Source of the DNA: a virus
Length of the DNA: 43,979 nucleotides
Reading direction: 5' to 3' (one strand)
IMG/VR virus record: IMGVR_UViG_3300036852_000388
Location: 1 to 43,979 of that record
The notes beneath the pieces are model-generated. The model ran no database searches and had not been told where the DNA came from. It saw only the letters and a program-made list of their open reading frames with translations. Positions 9,076-18,690 of the stretch are shown here, one piece after another (the first letter of the stretch is position 1; each line of letters begins with the position of its first letter). Made by a program: the position numbers and the translations under genes.

Positions 9076-11430
9076 ATGGCAGGCCTCTCCGACAGCTACC
9101 TCGACGCGATGCGCCGGTTCGAGGGCTACAACCCGCGGCCCTATTGGGACTATCGGCAGTGGACCAGCGGCTACGGCACGCGGGCGAGCGGCCCCGGTGA
9201 GACGATAGATCGGCCGGAAGCGGACCGGCGGTTCAGGACGGAGGTGGGGAACGCGCGCGACCGGGTGCGCGGCTTCGGAGCGTCGATGACGCCGGGCCAG
9301 GAAGCAGCCCTCACGTCGCTCACCTACAATGCCGGCCCCAGCTGGATGAACAGTGGACTGGGAGCGGCTGTGCGGGCGGGGGATTGGAATACCGCGCGGC
9401 AACGTTTCCTGCAGTACGTCAACGCTGGCGGGCGGCCGCTGCCGGGCTTGCAGCAACGGCGTCAAGAAGAAGCTGGATGGCTTACCCAGGCCGATGCCTC
9501 GGCAGCGCCATCCGCAGCTCCATTTGGAGCTCCCTTCGGCGGCATGTTCCCCGACGGCTCGCCCATGATGGGGCTGGGTGGGCCGCGAGCAGCAGACGAG
9601 CCTGCTCAGGGCGGCGCGCTGGTGAGGCAGCCGGATGGGACGATGGGGCCGCCTCCGGCGCCTCCCCCACAGCCGCCCAGGCAGCCCGACCCGCCCCCAA
9701 GTTGGCTCGTCGACACGCTCCCGGGCGCGCTGACTACCGCGGTAGGTGCTGATGATTTCCAACGCAGGGTGCGCTTGAACAATGGTCTTCCCGCCCCGCT
9801 GCCGTTACCAGCAACGGCCGCGCCACCTGCAGCGGCTCCGGCGTCTCCGGGCATGCCGCCAATGGATGCGTTCATGCCGCCGCTTCCTGCCGCTCCGGCA
9901 GCTGCGAGGGGTGTGTCTCCCTCCTCCAACAGCGCCACCGGCGGTGGGCTGGTGGCGCCGTGGTCGCCCTCCCCACGCCCGGGGCTGCCGGTGCCGACTC
10001 TCATGCAGGAGGCCGGTGAGGCGTCGGTCGGAGGGATGCCGAGCGGCCCTGACCTGCTCACGCAGTTCAGGCCGGCCCCGCCCATTCCTCCCCCTGCGCA
10101 GGTACCTCCGTTCAGTGAGGGCGAGATGCAGCGCGAGCCGGGCGCCTTTGGCTCCCCCTTCGGCCCCTCGGCCATGCAGGATCCCGGCATCGGACTCACT
10201 GCCGGCATTAACCAGGCCACGGGCGGACCGCCACAGCCAGACGCTGACGCCATCGTACGCGGGGCTGAGGCTGCTGCAGCAGGCCGGGCACCGCCTCCTG
10301 CGCGCCCGTTCTCATTGAACGACTTGGCCAGCAACCCCCTGTTCATGGCCGGCCTCTCCATCCTGGGGACAGCACCGGGCGGCAACTGGGGCCCTAATGG
10401 TGCGGCGGCCATGCAGGCTGCTACGCGAGGGCAGCGCGAGCAGACCGAGTTCCAGCGTCTGCAGCAGCAGCGCGCGACTATGGACAAGGCATGGGCGGAG
10501 GCGTTCCCCAACGGACAGCCCAATGCACAACACCCGCTCCTGCAGGGCATGCCTCCGGAGATGGCCTCGACCATCTTCGCCATGGGCCCGGAGGAAGGGC
10601 TGCCGCTGGCGCAACAGTGGCAGATGCTGCGCGGCAGGAACGCCGAGCAGCTGCGATTGCTTCAGCAGCGTGCAGACATTGCCGAGGGCCGCCAGCCTGC
10701 TCAGGCTCCCCCGGAGCCTCCGGTTGGCTCCAACCTGATCGGAGCTTCCGGCGTGCTGCCGACCGGCGGTCAGCTGGAGAGCCTTGCAGCTTCCCAACCC
10801 AGCCCACAGCCGGCGCCAACCTCAGCCCCGCAGCAAGCTGCCAACGAGCCGACCATCTCCTTTGCCGGCGAGACCATGACGCTGGGGCAGGCGCAGGCCC
10901 GGGCGCGGAGGCTTGATGCTCTGGGCATGCGGAGCGAGCTGCTCGAGAAGACGATTGCGGATGCGGCGCAGTCAGGGCGGCCGACGGAAGCGGTGCGCAC
11001 GCAGTCGGCCAAGGTAGATCAGGCCTACCGCAGTCTGCTTCCCGCCCTCGACAGCTACGCGCGCCTCGTGCAGCAGACTGGGCCGAATGTTTTCCCCGGG
11101 CAGGAGCGGGATTCAATTGTGGCGGCCCGCACGAATATCCTGCTGCAGCTGAAGGAACTGTACAATCTCGGCGTCCTCAATGGGCCCGATCTGACGTTGA
11201 TGGAGCAGATGCTTCCGGATCCGTTCATTGGTATCGGCTGGACGGGTCCATACGGGTTGGCCAACGTCGGTGGCAATGCCTCTGCACGGGCCTCCGCCGG
11301 CGTTGACCGGCTCAAGGAGATCCTGCGCGGGGTGCGCAACAGCCAACCAGGCCTGCCTCAGGTCGAGGCGTCTGCGGGCCGCGGTGGGCAATCCTCTGGT
11401 GATGGCTACCGGGTGCTGGGGGTGCGCTGA
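9076..11430 (+). CDS. Internal virion protein with N-terminal GH24 lysozyme domain
   Basis: RRFEGYNPRPYWDYRQWTSGYGT and QEAALTSLTYNAG lysozyme motifs, followed by a long P/A-rich low-complexity region. Confidence 0.7.
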   Translation: MAGLSDSYLDAMRRFEGYNPRPYWDYRQWTSGYGTRASGPGETIDRPEADRRFRTEVGNARDRVRGFGASMTPGQEAALTSLTYNAGPSWMNSGLGAAVRAGDWNTARQRFLQYVNAGGRPLPGLQQRRQEEAGWLTQADASAAPSAAPFGAPFGGMFPDGSPMMGLGGPRAADEPAQGGALVRQPDGTMGPPPAPPPQPPRQPDPPPSWLVDTLPGALTTAVGADDFQRRVRLNNGLPAPLPLPATAAPPAAAPASPGMPPMDAFMPPLPAAPAAARGVSPSSNSATGGGLVAPWSPSPRPGLPVPTLMQEAGEASVGGMPSGPDLLTQFRPAPPIPPPAQVPPFSEGEMQREPGAFGSPFGPSAMQDPGIGLTAGINQATGGPPQPDADAIVRGAEAAAAGRAPPPARPFSLNDLASNPLFMAGLSILGTAPGGNWGPNGAAAMQAATRGQREQTEFQRLQQQRATMDKAWAEAFPNGQPNAQHPLLQGMPPEMASTIFAMGPEEGLPLAQQWQMLRGRNAEQLRLLQQRADIAEGRQPAQAPPEPPVGSNLIGASGVLPTGGQLESLAASQPSPQPAPTSAPQQAANEPTISFAGETMTLGQAQARARRLDALGMRSELLEKTIADAAQSGRPTEAVRTQSAKVDQAYRSLLPALDSYARLVQQTGPNVFPGQERDSIVAARTNILLQLKELYNLGVLNGPDLTLMEQMLPDPFIGIGWTGPYGLANVGGNASARASAGVDRLKEILRGVRNSQPGLPQVEASAGRGGQSSGDGYRVLGVR

Positions 11431-13685
11431 TGCCGGTCTTCTCGATTGAGCTCCCCGACAAGCGCGTCATCGACATTGAGGCCGGAGACCAGGCTACGGC
11501 GCTGCGCGGCGCCAAGGAATGGCACGCGGCCAACCCCAAGCCGGCGCAGGGCTGGGGCGAGTACTTCAAAGGCCTGGGCCGGGAAGCGGTGCAGGGCGCC
11601 ACGTTCGACTTCGGGAATGAACTGGGACTGACGGACCGGGCGGCGAGCGAGCAGTTCTCAGCTGAGAACCCCATAGCCTCGACCGTCGCCCGCATTGCAG
11701 GCAGCCTCCCCACGTTCGCCCTGGGCCCGGGCGCAGCGGCCGCACGGTGGGCGACAGCCGGCAGCTCTCTTGCCCGCACAGCAGGCCGCAGCGCGCTCCT
11801 GGGTGCTGGTGCGGGTGCTGCCTCCGGTGCAGGCGCTGGAGAGGGGCTAGAGGGGCGGCTGGAGGGCGCTGCCACGGGCGCGGCGGTGGGAGGTGGCTTG
11901 GGTGGCATCCTGCCCCCCGCCCTGGCTGGAGCAGCCCGTGCTGGCCGCACCATACGCGATGTCGTGTCACCGCAGATGGCACGCGCCGGCGGCGCCCTCG
12001 ATGAGTGGCGGACCATGCCGCGCGGGTCCTCCCCGCCGGTTGAGGGCGCGACCTGGATTGCCGATGGCGCTACGCCTCCAGGAACCGCAGCTCCTTCTGT
12101 AGGCGCGGAGGCACAGGCTGATCAGATGCTGGCCAACCAGGCTATGCGAGCGGGCCTCACGGTCGACGATCTGCGCGCCAGGCTGGCACAGGGCGATGTC
12201 GACCGGTCGTTCTATCCGGGTGCCAGCGGTGGCAGCCGTGGCGCCGACACGCAGACACTGATGGATGTCGACGACGCTTTCGCCCGCATGGCCGGCAGCT
12301 TCGCCCGCGCCTCGCCGGAAGCCCGCAATGAGTTCGAGCGCTTCATGACGGCGCGACAGACCGGTGTCACCCCTCGGCGGGGTGCATTGAACCCTGAGAG
12401 CGGACTGACCACCCGTGAGCCCGGCGTGCCGCGGACCACGCTCACGTCTCGCGGCAAGTTCGCGACGGCGGAGCCGGCTGGCCAGTACGAGCGTGTGCAT
12501 GAAGGCTTCAAGCGGGCGCTGGCAATCTCCGATGAGGACTTCCACGGCCACGCCGTCAATCCGCTGCGTACAGATGCGCAGATCGAGACCGCCATGCGGG
12601 CGGATTCCAAGCCGGTCTACGGCAGGGCCTTCGCGGCCTCCGACATGATGCCCGAGAGGATCCCCGCGGCGATTACGCCCATTCTGCAGGAATGGGGGCG
12701 GGCAGCGGCGGAAGCGGCGCCTGGCATCGGCAACCCGCTCAACAGGGCGCTGCGGCAGTTCTACACGACCAACGACCGCACGCAGGTCATTGCCAATCTG
12801 CGCCGTTTCGACAGCGGCAAGCAGGCGCTGGACAAAATGATCGGGGACAATCTTGGCAACCCCATCGGGCGGGAGCTGATCATGCTCAAGCAGCAATTGC
12901 TGGCAGCTGTCGACGGTATCACCGAGGGCAATATTGGAGCGCTCTATTCCGAGGCGCGGGGGATCTATTCCGGCAATGCCCGCTCGCGCGACATCCTCCG
13001 GCGTTTCCGCGACAGTTTTTGGAAGGACGATAGCGAGGTGACGGCCGACGACTTCTTGCAGCTGGAGACGCGCGGGGAGCAGAAGCTGGCGCGGCTCGGA
13101 CTGCTGTGGGGATACGAGCGCATGGCTGGTAGCGAGCGCACGCGCGATATTACCCGCGTCTTCAACAGCCCACGCATTCAGGAGATGCTCGGCCGCGTCA
13201 TGCCCTCGACCGGGCTGGAGCCCGGGCGTGCCACGCCGGGCAACATTGCGCAACGGTTCCTCCGCTTCGTAGAGACCGAGCGCAACCAGTCTCAGCTCCG
13301 CCAGCGCGTCACGGGCGGCTCACCGACGGCGGAACGGCTGGCCGATGATGCGGCGCATGAGCAGATGAGCGAGATCATCGACAGCTTCCGCTCCAGCCCG
13401 GGCGTGCTCAGCGCCGGCATCGCCTACATCTCCCGTACTCTCAACCGGCTGTTTGGCTATCAGGCTGACGCGGCAATGGCGGCGGCCATGCGTTTGACGG
13501 TGGCTGACCCGGCGGCGCGTGAGCGGGTGCTGGAGGGAATCGCCCGCCGGATGGGCCGCAGCAGGTTCGAGGAGTTCACACGGCTGATGGCTGAGCACCA
13601 GGCCCAGGCCAGCACGATCGGCACGCAGGCAATCGTCCCATCCGCAGCGACACCGCAGCGACCGCAGCAGCCGGAGTTCCTCTGA
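11430..13685 (+). CDS. Large internal virion / ejection protein
   Basis: 751 aa. TGATG coupling with the upstream gene. G/A-rich hydrophobic segment near aa 90-170. Confidence 0.45.
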   Translation: MPVFSIELPDKRVIDIEAGDQATALRGAKEWHAANPKPAQGWGEYFKGLGREAVQGATFDFGNELGLTDRAASEQFSAENPIASTVARIAGSLPTFALGPGAAAARWATAGSSLARTAGRSALLGAGAGAASGAGAGEGLEGRLEGAATGAAVGGGLGGILPPALAGAARAGRTIRDVVSPQMARAGGALDEWRTMPRGSSPPVEGATWIADGATPPGTAAPSVGAEAQADQMLANQAMRAGLTVDDLRARLAQGDVDRSFYPGASGGSRGADTQTLMDVDDAFARMAGSFARASPEARNEFERFMTARQTGVTPRRGALNPESGLTTREPGVPRTTLTSRGKFATAEPAGQYERVHEGFKRALAISDEDFHGHAVNPLRTDAQIETAMRADSKPVYGRAFAASDMMPERIPAAITPILQEWGRAAAEAAPGIGNPLNRALRQFYTTNDRTQVIANLRRFDSGKQALDKMIGDNLGNPIGRELIMLKQQLLAAVDGITEGNIGALYSEARGIYSGNARSRDILRRFRDSFWKDDSEVTADDFLQLETRGEQKLARLGLLWGYERMAGSERTRDITRVFNSPRIQEMLGRVMPSTGLEPGRATPGNIAQRFLRFVETERNQSQLRQRVTGGSPTAERLADDAAHEQMSEIIDSFRSSPGVLSAGIAYISRTLNRLFGYQADAAMAAAMRLTVADPAARERVLEGIARRMGRSRFEEFTRLMAEHQAQASTIGTQAIVPSAATPQRPQQPEFL

Positions 13686-15379
13686 TGGCCGATCCCTACA
13701 CCCCATTCGGCTTCGCCTTCCCGGGCTTCAATCCGCGCCTACCGGGCTACCAGACGCCCAACACCATGACCGGGCAGGAGATGGGGCCGCCGCCGGCGGT
13801 GGCTCAGCCCAGCTGGGGCGACCGGGCGCAGTCGTTCGGCCTTGGCCTGCTCAATCCCTTCGGCTTCACCCCGCCACCGCCCGTGCAGCAATCTGGCACC
13901 GTGCCGACGTTGACGGGCGACCTGCTGCCGCTGCCGCAGCGCGGAGCAGACTGGCGCCCGCGGGATCCGGAAGGCGCGATGGTGGGCAGTGCGTTCGGCA
14001 TGAGCCCGGCGTTCCGCGTGGCCGGCAAGGTGGCGGCCAGCGAGCCGGTGCAAGCCGCTGGACGCACCCTGGCACGGCCGCTTGTGGGGGCGCCAGCTGC
14101 CACAGCCGGCGCGACGTACGCGACCACAGGGCAGACAGCGGAGGGCGGCGCGGCTGCCATGGGACAGATCGATGCCGACACCAAGAGGATCAGGGACCGG
14201 CAAGCGACGCAGCAGAAAGAGTTGGAGCGTCTGCAGGCTGAGGCTGAACGGTTCCGCAATCTGAAGTCCTCGGACAAGAATGCCGTGATGGATGCGCAGC
14301 GTTATCTGCAGAGTGAAAAGCTCTACGACGGTCGCATAGACGGCAGCTGGGGAGATCGGACGACGGGCGCCGTTCAGCGCCTCCTTGAGCGCAATCGTGA
14401 GCAGCAGGCAGCAGCGACCTCTCAGATAGAGAGGATTGGAACGGAGCTGCAACCCCTTGAGGCCCGGCGATCGACGCTGACGCAGCAGCAGGCTGAGGAG
14501 GAGGCGGAGCGGAACACGCCAGAATGGCGCAAGCTCGTGCGCGACTACTCTGGCTTGGCGGGGATGGCTTTAGGTCCTCTAGCGCCTGGCGCCTGGCGTT
14601 ACGCCTCGCGTCGGTCGGCAGAAGCTGCTGAGCGTACTGCGGCAACTCAGGCTGATGCGCTCATTCGGCCCACCGGCACCATTCCGGAACGCGTTGCGGG
14701 CACTAATCAGTTCTTTCGTCAGGGTGGCGCCGAGGAGCCATTTCAGCTTGCGCCAAATGCGCCCCTGGGCTTTGCGCCGACGCCGGCGCAGCAATCCGCA
14801 GCAGGGCTCTATCCGCCTGGAAACACATGGATGCGTCCGGCTGATTGGGCCAGGACCGGCACCTTTGCTGCTTCAGGCGCGGCCAGCGAGGCGGGGAAAA
14901 GCTACGCCCAGGGCCAGCTTGATGAGGCGCGGGCGGATTTCAAAAAGTCCCCGACGCCAGCGAATGCCAGTCGTGTCGCCAGATGGGAATCGATACATGC
15001 AGGCGCAGCCGCATTCGCTCGTGCCAGTGAATCCGCTGCCCTGACTTACCCAGGAATTGCTGGCGTGCAGCGCTATCGGCCAACCAGGCCCAATACGGCT
15101 GCTGCTGGCGCCGAGGTGATGGAATTGAACGCCTTGCTGCGCAACCGGCCGATCGATCCTCTTGAGGTTAGGGCCCGGCAGAGAGACCGCGGGTTTAGCA
15201 TCCCCAACACTGCGCCGCTTGCTGAAGGCGAGCTTGAGCGGAGAGTGTCTCCCGCTGGGAACAAGATACTGATCAGGCATCCTGATGGGGTCTGGCGCGA
15301 CGAGTCGGGCAAGCCGGGGACGCCTAAGCAAAATTGGCGGCGGATCTCAGCGATCGAGACAGATCAGAGCGTGGGATAA
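13685..15379 (+). CDS. Internal virion protein with PG_binding_1-like segment
   Basis: YLQSEKLYDGRIDGSWGDRTTGAVQRLL resembles a peptidoglycan-binding repeat. Start is coupled to the upstream stop. Confidence 0.45.
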   Translation: MADPYTPFGFAFPGFNPRLPGYQTPNTMTGQEMGPPPAVAQPSWGDRAQSFGLGLLNPFGFTPPPPVQQSGTVPTLTGDLLPLPQRGADWRPRDPEGAMVGSAFGMSPAFRVAGKVAASEPVQAAGRTLARPLVGAPAATAGATYATTGQTAEGGAAAMGQIDADTKRIRDRQATQQKELERLQAEAERFRNLKSSDKNAVMDAQRYLQSEKLYDGRIDGSWGDRTTGAVQRLLERNREQQAAATSQIERIGTELQPLEARRSTLTQQQAEEEAERNTPEWRKLVRDYSGLAGMALGPLAPGAWRYASRRSAEAAERTAATQADALIRPTGTIPERVAGTNQFFRQGGAEEPFQLAPNAPLGFAPTPAQQSAAGLYPPGNTWMRPADWARTGTFAASGAASEAGKSYAQGQLDEARADFKKSPTPANASRVARWESIHAGAAAFARASESAALTYPGIAGVQRYRPTRPNTAAAGAEVMELNALLRNRPIDPLEVRARQRDRGFSIPNTAPLAEGELERRVSPAGNKILIRHPDGVWRDESGKPGTPKQNWRRISAIETDQSVG

Positions 15380-15618
15380 GGCCAGCGCAGCTGGCGCCAA
15401 CCACGTTCTTGAAGCCATTTCCCTAGCCACAGGGCGTAGACGCAAATGCTGCAAATCGCGCCACCAAATAGGCCAATGAACGCCACATCAAAAATGACCA
15501 GGACGTGCTCTGGATACCCAAAGTACATCAGCGAGATAGCAAGCAGCCAACCACCGACGAAGACGCTTAGGGCGATGCAGCAGGCGTAGACGAAGATGCG
15601 GGTGAGAACGCTGATCAT
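15364..15618 (-). CDS. Small 3-TM membrane protein (84 aa), class-I-holin-like topology or superinfection exclusion
   Basis: Three hydrophobic segments plus a basic C-terminus KWLQERGWRQLRW. ATGA overlap with the upstream minus-strand gene. Confidence 0.5.
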   Translation of the reverse strand: MISVLTRIFVYACCIALSVFVGGWLLAISLMYFGYPEHVLVIFDVAFIGLFGGAICSICVYALWLGKWLQERGWRQLRWPYPTL

Positions 15619-15806
15619 AGGCGGTCTATCCAAGTCTCAGCTGGTGGTGTCTGACCTGCGCGCAATGCGCGCTCTACAACAGCACGACGACGCGAACGGT
15701 TGATGGCCTCTCTATCGGCGGCCCACTCGGAGCGTACGCCGAGGAACACCAGAAAGGCGAAAACCCCGATGCCTGCAAGAATGATCCCGCCAGCGACCTC
15801 AAACAT
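15615..15806 (-). CDS. Small 1-TM membrane protein (63 aa)
   Basis: MFEVAGGIILAGIGVFAFLVFLG followed by a basic tail. SD-like tGGGGGG upstream. Start M70 chosen because the longer ORF overlaps gene 15868. Confidence 0.45.
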   Translation of the reverse strand: MFEVAGGIILAGIGVFAFLVFLGVRSEWAADREAINRSRRRAVVERALRAGQTPPAETWIDRL

Positions 15807-15867
15807 TGCGCCCCCCAAATATTCCGCAAACGTTATCCACTGAGGCCCCTTCACACAAGATGAACAG

Positions 15868-16575
15868 ATGAGGAACCGCATAAAATCCGCTGCGCCTGTG
15901 CCCCTACGCGGGCCGCTGCTTGCCGCTCTTGATGTGGAGTATGCCCACGCTTCCAAGGCCAAGAACCTGGAGCGCATGGATGAGATCTCCAAAGTGGTCG
16001 AAATTCTTAACAAGGTCTGGCCCGAGATCGCATCACCTGCACCATCCGCACCGCCTGCATCACCTGCACCGCCCGCACTCGTGATCGTTCCGGATCCGAA
16101 CCCGGAGCCTCAGCCAGCAATCGAGGAGGAGGCGCCATTGCCGCCGGTGCCCTATGCCCAGGAGGGGCTCAGCCTTCGCGACATCCTTCACAGGGCCGAT
16201 CCGAGGCCGCCGGTAGCCACGGGCAATGGCCAGGGCGATCGGCGGCGGGAGGCGCGTGCCGCAGTGAAGGATGCAGTGGCGGATGTGAACCGTCGCACGG
16301 ACGGCGATCAGTTCCGCTACGAGCTTGCCCTGATGGTCGCCAATGAGAACGTCGAGGCCATGAGTGACATGCAGGCCGCCGCGATTGCCGAGGGTCTGCC
16401 AGTGAGGTCCTACGCCCAGCGCATCATTGCCCAGCATAACGCCCGCCGCCGGCGCGCGGCGCAGGTCTATGCGATCGAGGCGCAGGCCTTGAAGGACATC
16501 GACACCGCCACCGGCGACGCCATCAACGCGATCGCAGCCAGGGCCGTCAATGAGATCCGGGGAGACGATGCATGA
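15868..16575 (+). CDS. Hypothetical protein (235 aa), P-rich linker, coupled to the endolysin
   Basis: ATGA overlap with the endolysin start. No TM segment and no recognisable motif. Confidence 0.5.
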   Translation: MRNRIKSAAPVPLRGPLLAALDVEYAHASKAKNLERMDEISKVVEILNKVWPEIASPAPSAPPASPAPPALVIVPDPNPEPQPAIEEEAPLPPVPYAQEGLSLRDILHRADPRPPVATGNGQGDRRREARAAVKDAVADVNRRTDGDQFRYELALMVANENVEAMSDMQAAAIAEGLPVRSYAQRIIAQHNARRRRAAQVYAIEAQALKDIDTATGDAINAIAARAVNEIRGDDA

Positions 16576-17801
16576 TCACCGCCGACACCATCAAGGCATT
16601 CGCGCCCAAGGCCTGGCCGGATTACGTCGACGCGCTGGTGGCCGGCAAGGCGGAGATCGAGGGGGGCGGCATCAACACCCCTCTCATCTGGTGCCACTTC
16701 ATCTCTCAGCTCGCCCACGAATCCCGCGGGTTGTCCCTGGTGCGTGAGGACACGACTTGGACCGGGGCGCGCATGAAGGCACTGTGGCCCAAGCGCTTTC
16801 CGCTGGGGGCGGCAGACCCGCGGATTGCACTGTGCCGGGGTGACGCCCAAAAGCTTGCCAACCTCGCCTACGGCAGCATCAACGGCAACCAGGGCGGAGA
16901 TGACGGGTGGGACTATCGCGGCGGCGGACTTATCCAGCTGACCGGCCGAGCCAACTATCGCGCTTGCGGCCAATCCATCGGCATCGACCTGGAGCATGAT
17001 CCGGGAGTCATCGAGGATCCGGCGGTGGCGATCAAGGCGGTGCTGTGGTTCTGGACTCGCAACGATCTCACCCGCTTCGCCCGGCACAACTACGGCCGCG
17101 CCGTCGGCAACGGCATCAACCGCGGCAACCCCTACTCAGCCCAAGAGCCAATTGGCTTCAAGGACCGCGAGCAGTGGTTCCGGCGGGCGTGGGCGATGTG
17201 GGGTGAGGGAGCGTTGCCGGACGAGGCGGTGCTCTGCCTGGGCGCCCACGGGCCCCAGGTGCAGCAGGTGCAAATCCGTCTGAAGGAACTGGGCTATGCA
17301 GTTGGAGCCGTCGACGCTGTTTTGGGACCGGCTACAGCGCGAGCACTCGCTGGTTTTAAGCTCGATCGACGGCGAGCGGGTGCGGACCTGGAGCCCGACG
17401 AGGGGGTGGGTCCGCTTACCCTTGCAGCTCTTGGCTCAGCGGATCGTGCGCCGCTCTCTCCGGAGCGCACGGAAGCCACGGTTGCCTCGCTCTCAGCAGC
17501 TGGCTCAACGGGGGTTGCCACGGGCCAGCGGGCCAAGGCAACGGGGCAAGCAGGCCTCTACCTGGGCGCTGCAGCTGGTGCCGCGCAGCTCGGCCTTCTG
17601 GACACCGTGAACAGCTGGCTCTCCGGCATCAACGTCTTCCACATGGCCGCCGTCCCTGCGATCGACGCTGCGAAGTGGGCACTCAACAATTGGCTCTGGG
17701 TCGGCGTCATGATCGGCGGTGTCTGGATGTACGTTAGAGGGGGCGAAGTAATCGTAGCTCGATTGCGCGCCCATCGGGACGGTTCTAATTTGGGCCGATG
17801 A
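16572..17801 (+). CDS. Endolysin: GH19 (chitinase-like) + PG_binding_1 + C-terminal hydrophobic/TM region
   Basis: ISQLAHESRGL and YRGGGLIQLTGRANY (GH19). VQQVQIRLKELGYAVGAVDAVLGPATARAL (PG-binding). WLWVGVMIGGVWMYV (TM). Confidence 0.8.
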   Translation: MITADTIKAFAPKAWPDYVDALVAGKAEIEGGGINTPLIWCHFISQLAHESRGLSLVREDTTWTGARMKALWPKRFPLGAADPRIALCRGDAQKLANLAYGSINGNQGGDDGWDYRGGGLIQLTGRANYRACGQSIGIDLEHDPGVIEDPAVAIKAVLWFWTRNDLTRFARHNYGRAVGNGINRGNPYSAQEPIGFKDREQWFRRAWAMWGEGALPDEAVLCLGAHGPQVQQVQIRLKELGYAVGAVDAVLGPATARALAGFKLDRRRAGADLEPDEGVGPLTLAALGSADRAPLSPERTEATVASLSAAGSTGVATGQRAKATGQAGLYLGAAAGAAQLGLLDTVNSWLSGINVFHMAAVPAIDAAKWALNNWLWVGVMIGGVWMYVRGGEVIVARLRAHRDGSNLGR

Positions 17802-18295
17802 AAGCCCAAGAGTTGCGTTCGCTTCTGGATTACAATCCAGACACAGGAGAGTTTAGGTGGATAATTTCTCCTAGACGGGGGATTCCAGCCGGTTCAAATG
17901 CCGGCTCTCCCCATAGCATGGGAGAGAAGCGTTCCGGGTATCTCACGATATATGTTCGTGGGCGGAACTATATGGCTCATCGCCTTGCTTGGCTTTGGCA
18001 CTATGGCGAGTGGCCAACGCAGGTGGACCATATCAACAGGGTCAAGAGCGACAATCGCATCGAGAACTTGCGGTTGGCTACCAACTCTCAAAATCGAGCG
18101 AATACAGGCCTGCGGCGGGACAACGCCAGCGGCCAAACCGGCGTCTGGTTCGACAACCACCGGAAGAAATGGGCTGCTGAAATTCATTGGCAGAACCAGA
18201 AAACCCGTCTCGGCCGGTTCAATACCTTCGAAGCAGCTCAAAGCGCCTATCGGCAAGCCGCCAAGGAAAAATTCGGGGAGTTTGCTTTGCCATGA
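17798..18295 (+). CDS. HNH homing endonuclease with AP2 DNA-binding domain
   Basis: VDHINRVKSDNRIENLRLATNSQN (HNH_3) and SGQTGVWFDNHRKKWAAEIHW..LGRFNTFEAA (AP2). ATGA overlaps at both ends. Visibly lower GC than its neighbours. Confidence 0.85.
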   Translation: MKAQELRSLLDYNPDTGEFRWIISPRRGIPAGSNAGSPHSMGEKRSGYLTIYVRGRNYMAHRLAWLWHYGEWPTQVDHINRVKSDNRIENLRLATNSQNRANTGLRRDNASGQTGVWFDNHRKKWAAEIHWQNQKTRLGRFNTFEAAQSAYRQAAKEKFGEFALP

Positions 18296-18690
18296 TGACC
18301 ATCCTCGCCCGCGCCCTCGTGTGGCTCTCGGGCACTCCCAAGCTTCTGGCCGTTGGCGCCATCACAGCCATCATGACCTTCGCCCATCAGTGGTGGCAGG
18401 AGCGCGACGCCCGCATCCAGGCGCAGGGCGTCAAGACGTGTGAGGCCGAGCAGCAGCTGTTGGGCATGAAGGCTCAGCTGACCCAGGCCCAGAAGGTCGC
18501 CGAGAAGGCTATTGCGGCCATTGAGTACGAGCGGCAGGTAACGGAGGAACTTCGTAATGAACGGCAGGCGATTCGCAGGGAATTCGACGACTACAAGGTG
18601 GCTGCTTCTAGCGACCCTCGGTGCCTCTCTGATGGGGTGCTCGACCTCCTTCGAGGAGGTGCAGAGGTACGCTCAAAGCGCGGAGGCTGA
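18292..18690 (+). CDS. i-spanin (Rz-like)
   Basis: N-terminal TM LLAVGAITAIMTFA followed by a coiled coil. An o-spanin ORF is embedded in the +1 frame. Confidence 0.65.
   Translation: MMTILARALVWLSGTPKLLAVGAITAIMTFAHQWWQERDARIQAQGVKTCEAEQQLLGMKAQLTQAQKVAEKAIAAIEYERQVTEELRNERQAIRREFDDYKVAASSDPRCLSDGVLDLLRGGAEVRSKRGG

Noticed and set aside
15833-15840. DnaA-box-like TTATCCAC in the 60-bp divergent gap 15807-15867.
   Set aside because: It is a single 8-mer and could occur by chance. It is noted only as a possible target for the DnaA-domain-IV protein.
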